Origin: Phoronis australis
Lineage: Eukaryota; Animalia; Phoronida
Assembly: GCA_002633005.1 (NCBI GenBank)
Contig: NMRA01000483.1
Location: 246,804-310,803, forward strand
DNA length: 64,000 nucleotides
Direction of reading: 5' to 3'
Under the pieces are notes generated by a model that was given only the letters and a program-made list of their open reading frames with translations, had not been told where the DNA came from and ran no database searches. The stretch's first letter is position 1; each line of letters begins with the position of its first letter. Shown piece by piece: positions 13,044 through 26,334 of this stretch. A program made the translations under genes and the position numbers.

Positions 13044-13303
13044 NNNNNNNNNNNNNNNNNNNNNNNNNNNNNGTAGTGTGGCAAACCACGCTCAACAGGT
13101 GGCACCATGGTACAACTAATCTTAACTATGTTGAAGGACGACAGAGGGCGTGGTGGTAATCGGGCAGGAGATAACTTGGGATTAGTTGGTACAACCAATT
13201 TCAACTAAACTACGTTGAAGGGCAACAGAGGGCATGGCGTTGGCAGGATAAGTTGAGATAGATTGGGATTAGTTGGATACAACTAAAGATTCTGACATGT
13301 ATG

Positions 13304-13786
13304 GCTGATCAAGAAATACTAGAGAGGCACCGTGAACATGCACAGGCAACGGAGCGTATGGATAGTTCTTTGGTAAGCTGGAATTCGTCAGAGAAATTAC
13401 CGTCCGATAGTGATATCTCTGACGAAATGCCGGCCACAGACACGGAGATGTTTCACGGCCTCATACTTGCTATTAACAGGGTACTTTTCATTCTTCACTA
13501 CCGCGAGCCACCTCCTTACGGTATTTCGGGGTCTCGAGGAAGTCGAAAAAACGATATACCCGCTTTCGTCACAGCTTCATAGTTTGGACAAGCGGGAACG
13601 ATGCACCGCAATATAGCGGCATTCACTCTGCAGATGAACCACTGACGCCGCTGCGTCGTTTCTCACCTTCGTCACAGGCTAACGCGACACCTCTCGGCAA
13701 GGTGAGGTCGACCGTATGAGAGGCGATGTGGATATAGTCGGATTAAAACGGTAAAAAAGACTAATTAAATCGGGTGGCATCCTTCT
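13304..13786 (+). mobile_element. Kolobok-like element, terminal fragment
   Basis: Reverse-complement homolog of 19637-20100. Ends gggtggcatccttct followed by TTAA (13787-13790). Confidence 0.75.
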
Positions 13787-14237
13787 TTAATGTCTTCATA
13801 ATGCTGTAAAGCGAAACATGAAAATCAACTTTCATGTGGGTGCACTGATTTTGAAATTTCTATGATTTTGCCAAAACCTAATTTAATCAAATGACTTGTA
13901 TGACGATTTCCAGTTAAATTGTTGTCTTATTATTATCGCCTGGGTTAACCTTACTCTAACCATAGATTATAGACAGCTTCGCAGATCCGACATTTTTGTG
14001 TACTGTCCTACTCTCCTAAAGTATGCGGGGCAGGTTCCAGTTAGTATATCGTGACGGGAAATTCTCGCATCTACTTACTTTCCAGTACAAGGAAAAAAAT
14101 TAGTTATTTGGGCATTGAAACGTCAAAGACTTTCAATGATCGAAGTGTTGATATCGTGAGTACTTTTAGCAATGGTACTACCACCCGACCACACAACAGC
14201 AGACCATGATTAGGAGACGACGTACTTGCCGGAACAA

Positions 14238-14893
14238 AGAAGCACAGAACAGTTCTCACAGGGTTTTGCCCAGCAAAACACATCACTTGATTTGCCACCA
14301 TTTCTTCACTCTGTCGAAAAAGGATTCAAAGAATGACATGTTTTTAGTTATTTCACATAAAAAGCCCTGCAGATGAGCGCTGAAACTTAATTCTCTTTTG
14401 TATTTATGACCCTTTCATTCCCACTGAAAACCAAGCTAGGCTAAGAAAAATAGGGGCAAAAAAGGGCAAAATCAGCACTTTTCACCCCCAAAACACCACT
14501 TCACTGCCGATGCACGACTCATACCAACATTAAATTCTGAAAGCAAATTTCCTACAAATTCCGAAAACGTGGTTCAAAAGTACTGTCAACCAACTAGTTT
14601 TTTGGCAATTCTGGCTTGTTTGAGGGCTACCTGAAATCGCAGCCAATTTCTCAGTCGCTACCCAGCAATGCACAATTGCAATCGGGGGCCGCCATCTTGA
14701 AGAAGAGTGCAGCTACAGCCGAGAAAGTGGCCTTTTTTATTCTTAGCATGTTCACAAATACAAACAAACCACATTCACTGAGCCTACATGCAATGCCCAC
14801 CTACAAAATGCCCCCAAACTTAGCTACCCCAAAATTTTAATATTTTGGCAGTGCAAATTGGCCGCGACCGCAGCCTAACTGTTCAGTGCCACC
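14238..14893. mobile_element. ~655-bp MITE (Harbinger-like), inverted copy of 22161-22819
   Basis: TIR remnants gcacagaacagtt / aactgttcagtgcc; internal sequence matches the 22 kb copy. Confidence 0.75.
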
Positions 14894-15663
14894 CTAACAC
14901 CAAATAATTTGGCCAGGTGTGGCAAGTGAATAACGACGCAACGGCTTGTACGAAAGACCACAGATTTCTTCCATTGAACGTTTACGGAGTTGACGGTCCA
15001 TCTGCTATAGTCAATGCTCTAACAAACGAAAATTAACGGCATATCAAGCGAGTCTTTCAGAAACTAAGAACTCATTCAAACAATTCGTCACAACTTTGTC
15101 ACCACTCTTGCTCAGAAACTTAGTCACGTCGTAATGCGGAGCACAGGATCTCTTTGTCATGAATATTTTTGTTTTCTACTAGAGTTTACGTTCTTTAGAT
15201 GCATAACAATACTAAAATGAGATCCAATGTTTCTTTTTTACGGTTTAACACACGTGCATGCATCAGGATCACTCTACTTTCCGAAGGAGTGAGTTTATAA
15301 ATACACAAAACGGACCGAGATAGGCGTACATGAAGTAATATCCCACTCGACATTATTCCGCGTATCGACCGAGACCATAGACTATAGTACATAATCTATG
15401 GCTGAAGGTCTTCGTAAGGACAAGAGTTCACCAGTCACTACCATTGGAAGAAATTTAGCGGACATTTTTCGTCAAAAAGTTTACCAGATAGTTTTCATCA
15501 AAACGGAGAAAAGGAAAATGGATTTGTGAAGACAGGATTAAGTAGTAGGCCTACCAGAGCCTCTTAAAAAACACCCATCTTCGAAGTGACGTGAACAAAT
15601 GTACAAGTTTTTTTTGGAAGAACAACTTCCATTCACGTCGACGCGAGAACATAACTTTCGTAT

Positions 15664-16155
15664 GGCGGGTCACATCCTATATGTATGTACTTGAGCGTTA
15701 GGTTGCAAGTTTTTTCTTGAAACAGTTTTAAAAGTAACGATTTATTTCTTGAAAAGAGGTAACAAAGATGAAAACAACGGCAACTGTGCAGTGAACTTTT
15801 AACATCTGGAAATAGTTAAAAAACAAAAATATTCGTTATTGTAGTTTCCGAGGAATCGGCGCCCGAGTTGCAGACGATATAGTATCAGCAATTGAAAACT
15901 GAGACATAAGTGTCATATAATTAACAGTTTTGTTACAGATTTTGCGTTTAGGGCCTGTCGAGTGTTAGTTACACTGCTGCAACTGTATTACTTTAAACTA
16001 TATTCGGAAAGTTTGATGATCGAACCGGCTGAAGACGTCGAGTCGACATTGACCTACCTTTTGAACTTTCCATGACAAAGGTCACTGTTGAAGTATTGCG
16101 GGAGGTGAATACGGAAAACTTCATTACATGGACGTATTTCCCTAGACAGATTCAA
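15664..16155 (+). repeat. Interspersed repeat with an inverted copy at 28225-28745
   Basis: Collinear reverse-complement similarity, e.g. ggaatcggcgcc.gagttgcagacgatata and ctttaaactatattcggaaagtttgatgatcgaa. Confidence 0.8.
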
Positions 16156-16821
16156 CGCGTATGGGATAGTATCTATAAACTCAACTATAGAAAGTCCTAC
16201 ACTGCAACATATGTAATGATCTATCCACAGTACTTTTCAAACCTACATAATAGATGTTTGCTCATTTTCTATCTATGAGAAAGGCAAAATAGCCTTTGCA
16301 TGCAGTTGGAGTAGTTTATCACATTCTTGCAAATGTCACTGCATCATGAGTGTTTACTGAACAACTGTATCAAACGACATCAAAGGTCCAATTAAGATAT
16401 AGATATATATAATTTTGGATGAATGCTGGCTAAGTTTTTCACAGCATTACTGTGAGGGATCCATATTCTAACATCGTTGTCTTCGGTGGGTAGAAATCTT
16501 TTGAATCACTGAACATAATCCCTGCTGGTTCAACTGGTCATAGACATCAATCCTTGTCTCGTGAATTCATAAGAATACAAACCGCAGAATAATAGACTAT
16601 TCTGTATTATTATTTCATGCGTTATATAAATACTACTATCATAACGCAAAATGGCAGTGACAGGTTTTGTGTGCTGTTGCTCCAGTCGTTTCAGCTTGTG
16701 ATCATGTCAAAGAGGGAAATTCGTCTTTCCCGTGTCGGTGGCTAAATAGACCTTCATGCATTAGATATTCGAAAAGTGCCAGCATTTCAAGTTGCTTTCT
16801 TTGTTCAAAAAGCATATTTTA

Positions 16822-16890
16822 ACGCGCGCGCGCGCGCGCGCACACACACACACACACGAACACACACAAACACACATACATACATACCGA
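16822..16890. repeat. Compound (CG)n(CA)n microsatellite
   Basis: Directly visible alternating purine-pyrimidine run. Confidence 0.9.
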
Positions 16891-17213
16891 AAGCCCAGTG
16901 AAGATACTCACACGGTGCATATACAAATGCAGCAATAATTTCAATGATATATACAAGATTACCTTCAAAGTTTGAAAGTGGATAGACATAAAAAATGTCA
17001 ATATACATTTACCATACTGCTGTACGATATCTTACTGATAATAATCAAGAGTGATTTCAAGTGAGGTATGTTGTCAATTAAGAACTAAGCTGAGTCACTT
17101 TAAAATAATTCCACCAAGAAACAGAAATTAAGGTTTTCGAAAAAAGCCATATTGGTAGTGGAAATATATTCTTCTATAATCATTAAGCACAATCTTAATT
17201 TTATTAAAAATTT

Positions 17214-17375
17214 TACGGTGGCCCAAAGCTGACACTGAAAAAATAAAATTACGAAAAATTCTCTGTTCTCGGAGGAGAAAACCTTTCCGCCGGAGAGGAA
17301 AGTTTTCTCCGAGGAAAGGTTTTCTCTGTGGAGAAAAGTGATTTTTTTCGCAATTGTCAGCTTTGAGCCACCGTA
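17214..17375. mobile_element. Palindromic ~160-bp MITE, TA-flanked (Tc1/mariner-like)
   Basis: TA-cggtggcccaaagctgaca ... tgtcagctttgagccaccg-TA, with internal ggagaaaacctttcc inverted motifs. Confidence 0.75.
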
Positions 17376-17639
17376 GAACTCATAGTAAGCGTTATGATAT
17401 CGGGTTTTGTTCCGAGTGTCTGGAAAAGCTCTATTCTCTGATCTTCGTTTACTGTGTAGTCAAAAAAGATACGAGCAAATGACTGGAAGTTTTTACATCA
17501 ACAAATTGTCGTAGTGTTCCTAAAATTGTGTCTATAATTGTCGCTGTTAAGCAACAATCCGCATCTTGACCTGCATAAGCTAATTTCATGACTGCTGTAG
17601 GAAAGTTGAAGCAAATCTAAAGTAGTAGTATACTGTTTA

Positions 17640-17930
17640 AAATCATGCTTAAGCGAGACAACTGAGTTGCTTTCTTATATTTTAGTCGGTAAGGAATTCC
17701 AGTAATCAATGCATGTTATTATAACTGTGGGTCTTCTAAAGGTCTCTGGCGAGGGAAGGTGGAATAGAATACGAGATACTATGTCGAAGTCCAGGTCTAG
17801 TGCATTGGCACTTGTTAGAGTCAAATAGGATTTTATTCGATTAGATGTGGTGTTGTTTGAAGCTTTAAAATTATAAATGGACTGCTTGAACTTCACGACG
17901 AGTAGCTAGTTTGCTCTAGTTGAGACTATC
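17640..17930 (-). mobile_element. Decayed LINE (CR1/L2-like) 3' fragment
   Basis: Translation ends ..CIDYWNSLPTKI, resembling the WNSLP motif at the end of CR1/L2-group ORF2. Confidence 0.4.
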
Positions 17931-19636
17931 TAAGACCTTAAAGGCCTATGGTCCGAGTTACAGAAGAAAATAAACGCCGTCTTAGTCGTTTTTGGTGTGA
18001 CATAAAGTTCAAAAAAGTTATTAACTTTGAACAATTAATAAAAATGAAAAACACGCTGTAAATACTACTAACGAATGAAATGTTTCCAAGGAATAAAAAG
18101 GAAAGTCATTAAAATACGCATAAACACTTCAACAACCATGTTTACATCGAAACCAATAAAAACAATACATACCTCCAGATTTTCCGATTTCAATCGCCAA
18201 CATTCACGGTAAAGCGTAGAGACAAAAACGATCCTGGGGGGGGGGACAAATTTGTAGGACGTGTTGGGGACATGCTGCCCACTCTCCCTCACCTGACCAT
18301 GCCAATACCTTTATTAGAAAGCTCCTATCCCTGGTGGTCGTAGTGAGTACGATGGGTGGCGAGTCTCGGTCAACATAGCTATACTTGAGAATAGCTAATT
18401 AGTTTTGCTTTATTTTTTCCAGTTAGGATAGGACTGAGCACCTACACATGCCCATGCAACCGTAAGTTGGTCTGTCTTATTCCATTAAGTTTTAAAAATG
18501 TATAGATATGCCAAGCTGAAACTTATTCAGTTATCGATAGCCACTTTCCCTCTGTATTTTCATCTTAGAGTGTGTAAGTTAGGAGAGAACGGTTACTTGC
18601 AGCTTGCATGGTCCAAGCACATTACTTGAACCCACAACCTTCAGAACATTAGCCAATCAAGTCGCATTATTGAAGTACAAATCTGTAAGTTTGGGCATGT
18701 CATGGAATTGCTCAATTTTCGAGTTGTGTATCGAATACAGATATTATGCTCAAATGTAAGCCGGAATTTGCGTCAATATTAATGTTACAAATTATATGCC
18801 TCTTATGTTGCTGTAAGTTTAGAATGATCCTGCCTGAGTTATAAATTTTACCTGCAGTTGTTTTATGCGTAAAGGTATGACAAATTGACTTAAAGTACAT
18901 TTTTAAATCAGTTATCTCGTGATTGTTTTTGGTAAATGAGTCAAATTGTAGTGTTTAAACCCTTCTTTGTCATATGTAATTTCAGAATGAGTGGTTTAAA
19001 CAAACCCCCTAGATATTAACTTCGGAGGAGTCCCAGACTGGTTATAGATGCAGATTGCCTGAAGAAACCTTGAGGTACTGTTCCATTTAATTTCTTTAAT
19101 ATCTCATGGAATGACATTTCATATTTTATTCTACTCACAACTGGCAAGCCTAACCAGACAAAGGTTTTACTGTGATTTTTTTTTAATTTTTCAACTTAAT
19201 TTGCCTTGTTTAAAGCATGTTCAATTTGTATTTAGGGACTTGTTGATACTAGCATCCAGTCAGTGGCATGGGCACGGTTATCATTACTTGTACCCAATGG
19301 TGGTTTTCTTTGCACAGTATCTTTGGTTTTAGTGCTTCACTGCTCAATGATATTGTAACTTTCCACTATCTTTTACACATACATGCTACCCCGGTATTTC
19401 AATGAGAAATCCAAGAAGTATGCAGTCAAAGATGAAGAAAGGCCTATACTCCACTGCCACAGGCATTCGTAATTAGCAGATGTTTGAGAGAAGAACAAGG
19501 CATGCACAAAATTGACAAATGACTTCCAGGGGCCAACCAGTTTATTGCCTTGAGGTCAATGGTCTGGCAACCAATGTTAACTGATCCATCAAAAGAATTA
19601 ATCACTGCTTCAGTGAACACTTGACAATATTTTTAA

Positions 19637-21435
19637 TGGAGAATGCCAACCGATTTAATTAGTCTTTATTACCGTCTTAATCGGTCTATATCCTCATCGC
19701 CTTTTATACGGTCGACCTCACCTTGCCGAGAGATGTCGCGTTAACCTGTGAGGAAGAAGGGAAGCGACGCAGCGACGTCAGTGGTTCGTCTGCGGAGTGA
19801 ATGCCGCTACATTGTGGTGCATCGGTTCCCGTTTGTCCGAACTATAAAGCTGCGAAGAAAGCGGATGTATCGTTTTTCGACTTCCTCGAGAGCCCGAAAT
19901 GCTGAGGAAGTGACTCGCGGTTGTGAAGAATGAAAGTTATGCTGTTAATAGCAAGTATGAGGACGTGAAACATCTCCGTGTCTGTGGCCAGCATTTCGTG
20001 GACAGTGATTTCTCTGACGAATTCCGGCATGCCAAAGACCTATCCATACTTTCCGTTGCCTGTGCATGTTAACGGCGCCTCTCCAGTATTGCTTGATCAG
20101 TGTATTCCGGTTCGAACTGATAGCCTGTGAAACCTAACGATCCATCTGTGAAATCTTCGTCGGACGAGCTCTTGGCTAAGTCGGGATTGGCCCCGACGAG
20201 TGCAGTGTAGACGTTTATTATTCTGCGTTCTGTTTCAAAATGAATTATTCTCATCCTAAAATGATCCTGACCAATGCAGCTTATATGAAACTGAAACAAA
20301 GTCTGTCTCATTAAATACAATTTGTAATCGGCCTTGGAGTGCTCGAGAGTGCAAATGTTTTGAGAAGCCAGCAAGGAATAAACCACTGCGTTACCTGCTT
20401 TTGATGCCGGCAACAAAGGTAGGCCTAATTGACCGGGCGACGAGGCCGTGTGAGCGCATGCTAATTGCTGACAGAAAGCTGTTGTGAAACAATTACTCGA
20501 TTTTATTACTACTGTCACATGTTAGGGGAATCTTTGTTTACTAGAAATACAAATACATCATTCAAATCATTGTTACTGCACAACCTTTGCCCTGACGGTC
20601 TGTGGAAGGGGAACCCGAATTCGCGGTCACCGACAAGTAGATTTTCAGTTTCGTCACGGGCTAATTCACATAAATAATTACGTGCACATTATTTCTTTGG
20701 CTCCGTCTTTCCGTGACTGGAGGTTTAGTTTCCAACTCAACTGAGCTGGTTTATGTTCGTGCCAGTCCCGGCGGCCGCGACGGGCCTGATCGGGTTCCGA
20801 GCCGTGACTGGCCGGGATAACGAGTCAGTCCGGCTGCGACGGGCCTCAGTGATCGGGTTCCGAGCCACTGGCCGGGATTAACTAGTCAGTCCGGCTGCGA
20901 CGGGCCTCAGTGATCGGGTTCCGAGCCACTGGCCGGGATAACAAGCGTTTTGTGTGTTTAGAACTCAAAAAATCACAAGTATAAACAACACAAATCTAGG
21001 TTCTCCTGTCTGTATTTCATTGAAGAATAATTCGAATTTATCTTCGAACAGACGCCAAACTCCTGCTACGGACTCGACCTTGGTAAATTGGCCTGCCGAA
21101 CTTTGTAGGCTACGGTGTGTCCAAATACCAGTAAATCCGTAACAGCGAAATAAAACAACACGTTTTTATAAAAACTCGGTGTATTTTTAAGGGTTTTACA
21201 TCGAAGTTTGATGATTTATTGGTGATCAACGATGAATTCAAGCGATAAGCTGACACCACTAAACCTTGTTGTGAACTGCTGAACAGACTGCGTGTGAAAC
21301 CAATTACGTCATTGGATAATTTCAACACCTCCGTGTGCCGTCAGGTGTCAGGTATTGCAGCCGAACATGCCATCGGAGAAGAACTACTCGATCTAAATTG
21401 ATACAAAATAGATTGTTTTTGGGTGGCATTCTCCT
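19637..21435 (-). mobile_element. Full-length non-autonomous Kolobok-like DNA transposon (~1.8 kb)
   Basis: TTAA on both sides (19633-19636, 21436-21439) and a 15-bp TIR tggagaatgccaacc / gggtggcattctcct. It carries a relic GYQFEPEYTD peptide. Partial copies lie at 13304 and 32498. Confidence 0.8.
20762..20943 (+). repeat. GC-rich ~58-60 bp minisatellite x3 inside the Kolobok-like element
   Basis: gtccggctgcgacgggcctcagtgatcgggttccgagccactggccgggataac repeated. Confidence 0.85.
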
Positions 21436-22160
21436 TTAAAGTTACTTTTGCACAGTAGCTTGACGTGGATATAGACTGTAGTCAATACATCTGGACACGA
21501 CGATATTTATCATGGTATCAGTTTATCGTACAGTATATAAGTCTGAGTAAATCAATGATACTTAATCACTGTTGCGACGCCAAAAACAGTGATACAGTGC
21601 CTGCTTTGTAATTTTATTGTTCGTGTAACTCGAGTCCATCAACCTGTTTCATCTGCTCTTGTTGATGCAGGTGGTGATGGGAATTGACTGGTACGTAATT
21701 AAAATAAATGTGTCCAAGACTTAAGCATATTTCAATTTATTACATGTCATGCAGCAGCTCTTGTTTGCATTTACATTGATGTTGAGAATTACTACAGTGA
21801 AATTTGATGTTGTACAGGTTTAACTTTGGCCCTGAAAAAATCCATTCTGTTCGTTAATGTGATTACGTCATTGCTGTTAAAGCTCTTATAAACCTGCCTT
21901 CCATCAAAGAACCGACTCAACCTTACTCAAAGTACAGGTGAACATAAATTTTAAGCACCGATTTGTCTGCACAACAGACTACATTTACACTTCCTCTTGT
22001 TTGGGGTGAAGCGCTGCCTGATGTGAATTCGACCAGCCAATCGAAAACGTAGTGTAAAAAAATTCCCTGCGTGCTGGCTACCACCCAGCGGCACGCAGGG
22101 AACCAGCGAGCATCTCCAGCTTGAGGTTTTCCCCAATGAGATAAATATAGCTGTGGTTAT

Positions 22161-22819
22161 GGTAGCACTGAACAGTTAGACTGCGGCCGCGGCCAGTTTG
22201 CACTTCCAAAATATTAAAATTTAGGGGTAGGCCAGGCTTGGGGGCATTTTAGTTAGGTATTGTATGTAAGCCAAGTGAATGTGTTTTTTTTTTGTATTTG
22301 TGAACATGCTGAGAATAAAAAGGCCACTTTCTCGGCTGTAGCTGCACTCTTCTTCAGGATGGTGGCCCCCTATTGCAATTGTGCATTGCGGTGTAGCAAC
22401 TGAGAAATTGGCCGCGATTTCGGGTAGCCCTCAAGCAAGCCAGATTTTGCAAAAATCTAGTTGATTGACAGTACTTTTGAACCACATTTTTGGAATTGAT
22501 AGGAAATTTGCTTTCGGAATCTAATGTTGGCTTTAGTCGAGCTTCGGCAGGGAAGTGGTGATTCTGGGGTGAAAAGTGCTGATTTTGCATTTTTTTGCCC
22601 TTATTTTTCTTAGTTCAGCTTGGTTTCCACTGGGAGTGAAAGGATCAAAAATACAAGAGAGTACAAAGTTTCTGTGCTCATCTGTAGGGCTTGTGATGTG
22701 AAATGACTCAAAACTTTTCTTTATTTGCATGCAGTTTTTGAAAGAGTGAAGAAAGGGTGAAGCGTCCATTGACGTGTGTTCTGATAGGCAAATCCCTGTG
22801 AGAACTGTTCAGTGCCTCC
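22161..22819. mobile_element. PIF/Harbinger-like MITE
   Basis: TIR ggtagcactgaacagtt / aactgttcagtgcctcc, with a 3-bp TAT duplication on both sides; second copy at 14238. Confidence 0.8.
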
Positions 22820-23347
22820 TATCGCCAAAAAAGAGCATAAAGGCGCATACGCATATGCCCTATTAGTTGTGTTTTTGGCCGCCAGGATTGACAAAAACAG
22901 CATCGACGAAACTGGATTGAATTCACGAGACGATAGGATATACGAAACAGAATCGATTAAACAACATTGAATTCAGTAAACAGGATAGAATATACAAAAC
23001 AGCGTTGAGTTCACGGCGATATGGAGTCGACGAGTGTGGACTGAATTGATGTACTAGCATTGAATACACAAGATAGGATTGAATTGTCGTACAGTTGGCA
23101 TTGAGTTTATTAATGGAATTGAAAATACAATTTGATGTTTTTTGCATAAGCCAAAACGAATCTGAGCAAAACACTAATCAAAATGCTTCACGTAAGCTTG
23201 CGACGAGAAATAAATTTCAACAAATTTATACACATCTAATGACTGTTATGAAATTTTATCTTCTCAGTGTTGCATGTCAACGTAAATACATCGTTGCTTA
23301 AATTCCTACGCCTTGGTTCAACTTGACAATATTTTCTTCACATTTAA

Positions 23348-23520
23348 CATGCGCGCAACCGGGGGTTCGGGGTCCCCCCATTTGGCGATGTGAGTAAATA
23401 GGTCCGCGTGGATGCACAATTCACAGGTCTCAATGTAGTAACCCGTTTTTTTTTAGTCCCCGTTTCAGTTTTCAGTAAAAGGTCCACATACTGGCCATTC
23501 GAGCCCCCCCAGCCATCTTT
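23348..23520 (+). mobile_element. MITE fragment (CATGCGCGCA family)
   Basis: catgcgcgcaaccgggggttcggggtcccccc-atttggcga...aaaaggtccac...ttcgagcccccc. Confidence 0.6.
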
Positions 23521-23659
23521 ACATGTTTTAGTGTATTTGTGACTAATTCTAAACCAGTTCTTATTTACTCTGTCCAACATCAATATTTTTATAGTTGTCC
23601 TTCCATGTTCACCTCCAGCAGCGACATGTGAGACATTCGGACCAAGTTGCAACAGATAT

Positions 23660-24290
23660 TTACAGAACTTATTTCGAACCGTTTCTATACTATTGGTGTC
23701 ATGGAAACCCTATATTCTGAGTCATGTAACACATGTAACTGGCAAAATTTTTAAGACAAATAATTTCCACCATAATGACACTGGCATGTCGACAAATTTT
23801 ATTATATTTTTCAAAACAAATAGTGCTTTTGATGCTTTTTCAGAAAGTGTTTTTTTGACTCTTTGTGAAGAGTCTTTCGTAGAATGTTACGTCTAAATAA
23901 CTGAATTCACAAGTCACGTCGATTTTAACCGAATATCTCTCAACCACTCTTTCTAAAAAGCACAATTTTTGTCTTGGACATGTTTACGCGCAATTTCCAC
24001 TGTAACAGTGATTCTGTAGTTTTCCAACCAGTCTTTGCATAACCACAACTGTTTCAGTAAACATAACCAAATCATCAGCAAACAATAACATGCAAATTGA
24101 GTAATCTTACGCTGACACATGATCCGCGAACATTTTAAGTCGTTTTCTTGTTCATTAAACTAAAAATAGTGACAGCTGGCAACCCTGACGAAATCCTGAA
24201 CCAGACGCAAAGGATAACCAATTTTTAAATTGTTTACAATTAAAATTCACTAGTAATAGTCATTTGGCACATATAACTTGTTGATAATAT
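23660..24290 (-). mobile_element. Decayed non-LTR retrotransposon reverse transcriptase fragment
   Basis: Minus-strand SGFRQGCQLS (~24200) and MLLFADDLV (~24080) RT motifs in disrupted frames. Confidence 0.7.
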
Positions 24291-26069
24291 TTTTTTAACT
24301 CTAAAAACCAAGTTCAGCGACTGTGCTTCTAAAAGAACACGCTGGCGTTCCATAGCGTTGACCTGGCGTGCGTTCAGTACCGTAGACGCTAGGGCCTACG
24401 CTAGGACTTAGCTAAAGCCTAGTCAAAGTCACGTGCTCTCATTTCAAATACAGGACAATATCTCATGTAATCTCGCGAAGTCTTGCTTTTTAGCAACGAG
24501 AGGCTGATCTCCAATATGAGTCGGTTTAAAGGGGCATAAACCTCACACCTTGCTTTGAAAACTAAATTTTGACTAAGGCCATTTACGGTTATGAAGTTGG
24601 TCTCAAATTGCTCCTTAACCAAAAAGATTTAAATGTGCTCGGAAAGAGCTTGCAGATCGTTTATCTTCACAACTAAACGTGACTTAAAGTTTTATCAGCT
24701 TGGCATGAAAAAATAACGAGTTTTGAGTCCTTCTCGGGTCACGAGATTGCTTCTAAGCTTAGTAAGGAAGAAGACAAGAACAAATTCTCAACGATAGGTT
24801 GTTTAAATAAAAAATAACTTGGTTTTTACAGAAAGCAAGGACATTAGGCCGTTTTGAATTGCCCGAGTCTCTAGAAGTTCCTTTTCATTAATAAAATCTT
24901 CTTAAGACTCTCGATGTTAACAATGCTAAGTTAATGTATACGAGAGGGAAATTGTATAGCGATATGCTTTTTATTTATAAGAGTGCTTTTTGGACTTAGC
25001 GCATCGAGCTTTGAATAAATTAAACTTGTAGTTGATCTTTCATCGAAGTGTGTACCCTATGGCAAAGCAAATTTCGTTCACTGAACATGACTTTATTCTT
25101 GTTTGAACAAATAATACCGGCACCACCACCACCACCAGCTCTTATGAGTCCCGCCTGATGCTTTCCCAGTGTATTTCCGGATAGATTTTATCGACCGGTT
25201 ACAGTTCCCTCATGCAGATAGGTGTACATGTAGATAGACTAAGACGCATATACAGGTAGTGAGCACGATTTCGAACGCAGCACATTCAGTCAAATTACAA
25301 GATGCTCTGTGCACGTGGGGACAGATCAAACAATGTACAATATTCATGTGAGTAGATTCATGCTGTTTTAAAATTTTAATCCTAAAGAATTGAAAAATGA
25401 TCAATTTTCTTAGCACGGCAATTATATATTTGTGCAGCCATATTAATAAACATAGGTTGCCTTCAGTGGCTGTGAACCCGCGTTACGCTCAAGAAGCGAA
25501 TTTAAGAAATTTGTCCCAATAAAACTGGTCCCAACTATCCTTACTCGAAAGCGTAGCCATTTCTGGGTTTGGAAAGACCTGAGTGGCCTTTCTTCCTTGG
25601 GAACATGCTCGTTGCATTAATTTTCTAGCACATTGGTGGTGTACGAATGACACGGGTGAATTTACTAAATGTGCAGTTTTATTTTCCTGTTAGTGCAACA
25701 ACTGGTAATAGAGACAACAAATGCAGTATATCAAGAATACTAGTTAAACGAGAATATACAAGTCAACTGAGAGTGCGCCAACGTGGTGGAATCTAACTAT
25801 ATCAAAATCACGCCGGACAAAAATCCAGCCAAATCAAGGCAGCTAGTGGAATCGTGGTTTAGTGCAATAACGAACTGCGAGGTCTTTTGAATGCAAGAAA
25901 CCACTTCTAATTTGGCTAACTGAAGGAACAAGAGACAAATTTAATAACAGAAATTAAAAGTGATCTAAATCAAAAGATGTTTTTTTTATGGAAATTGACC
26001 TTATTGCCGCGTTACTTGGAATATACTCTTGAAATTGTCAATGGATAAAGGTTGTACGTATTTGTGTTA

Positions 26070-26334
26070 GAAGGAGGGGAAGGGGGGGGGGGGCTCAGGG
26101 CACTCGGGCGACCCCCCAAATTAGGTGAAGTGGGCAAAAAGGTCCGTTTCAGAGAAACAAATATTCCCGACTAAAAAGAAGAAAATGAGGCAAAAGTTCA
26201 CGAAGAATGCAAGAACTACAAAAATTCGGCAAATACATAATTCATAGCTCTGAACGAACCCCGTGAGTCTTAGTAAAAGGTCCACATTATCAAAAATTTG
26301 AGCCCCCCCCATTTTTAGGCTGGGTGCGCGCATG
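26070..26334 (+). mobile_element. MITE (CATGCGCGCA family)
   Basis: gaagtgggcaaaaaggtccg..gagaaaca ... ggctgggtgcgcgcatg. Confidence 0.65.

Larger units (their letters stand above)
4296..13303. mobile_element. Putative ~9 kb DNA element with long terminal inverted repeats carrying a DUF3987 NTPase gene
   Basis: 4296-4742 (CATACATGTCAGAATC...) is the reverse complement of 13073-13303 (...GATTCTGACATGTATG), apart from the tandem copy number. The right end abuts a Kolobok-like repeat truncated at that point. No target-site duplication is visible, and the segment spans assembly joins. Confidence 0.6.

Noticed and set aside
13044-13159. C-terminus VVWQTTLNRW.. of the 270-aa ORF
   Set aside because: Read-through across an N gap into the inverted repeat; the true stop is unknown.
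4288-13311. Target-site duplication for the 9 kb element
   Set aside because: Flanks tatttctg and gctgatca do not match, and the rest of the Kolobok-like repeat is not present on the left.
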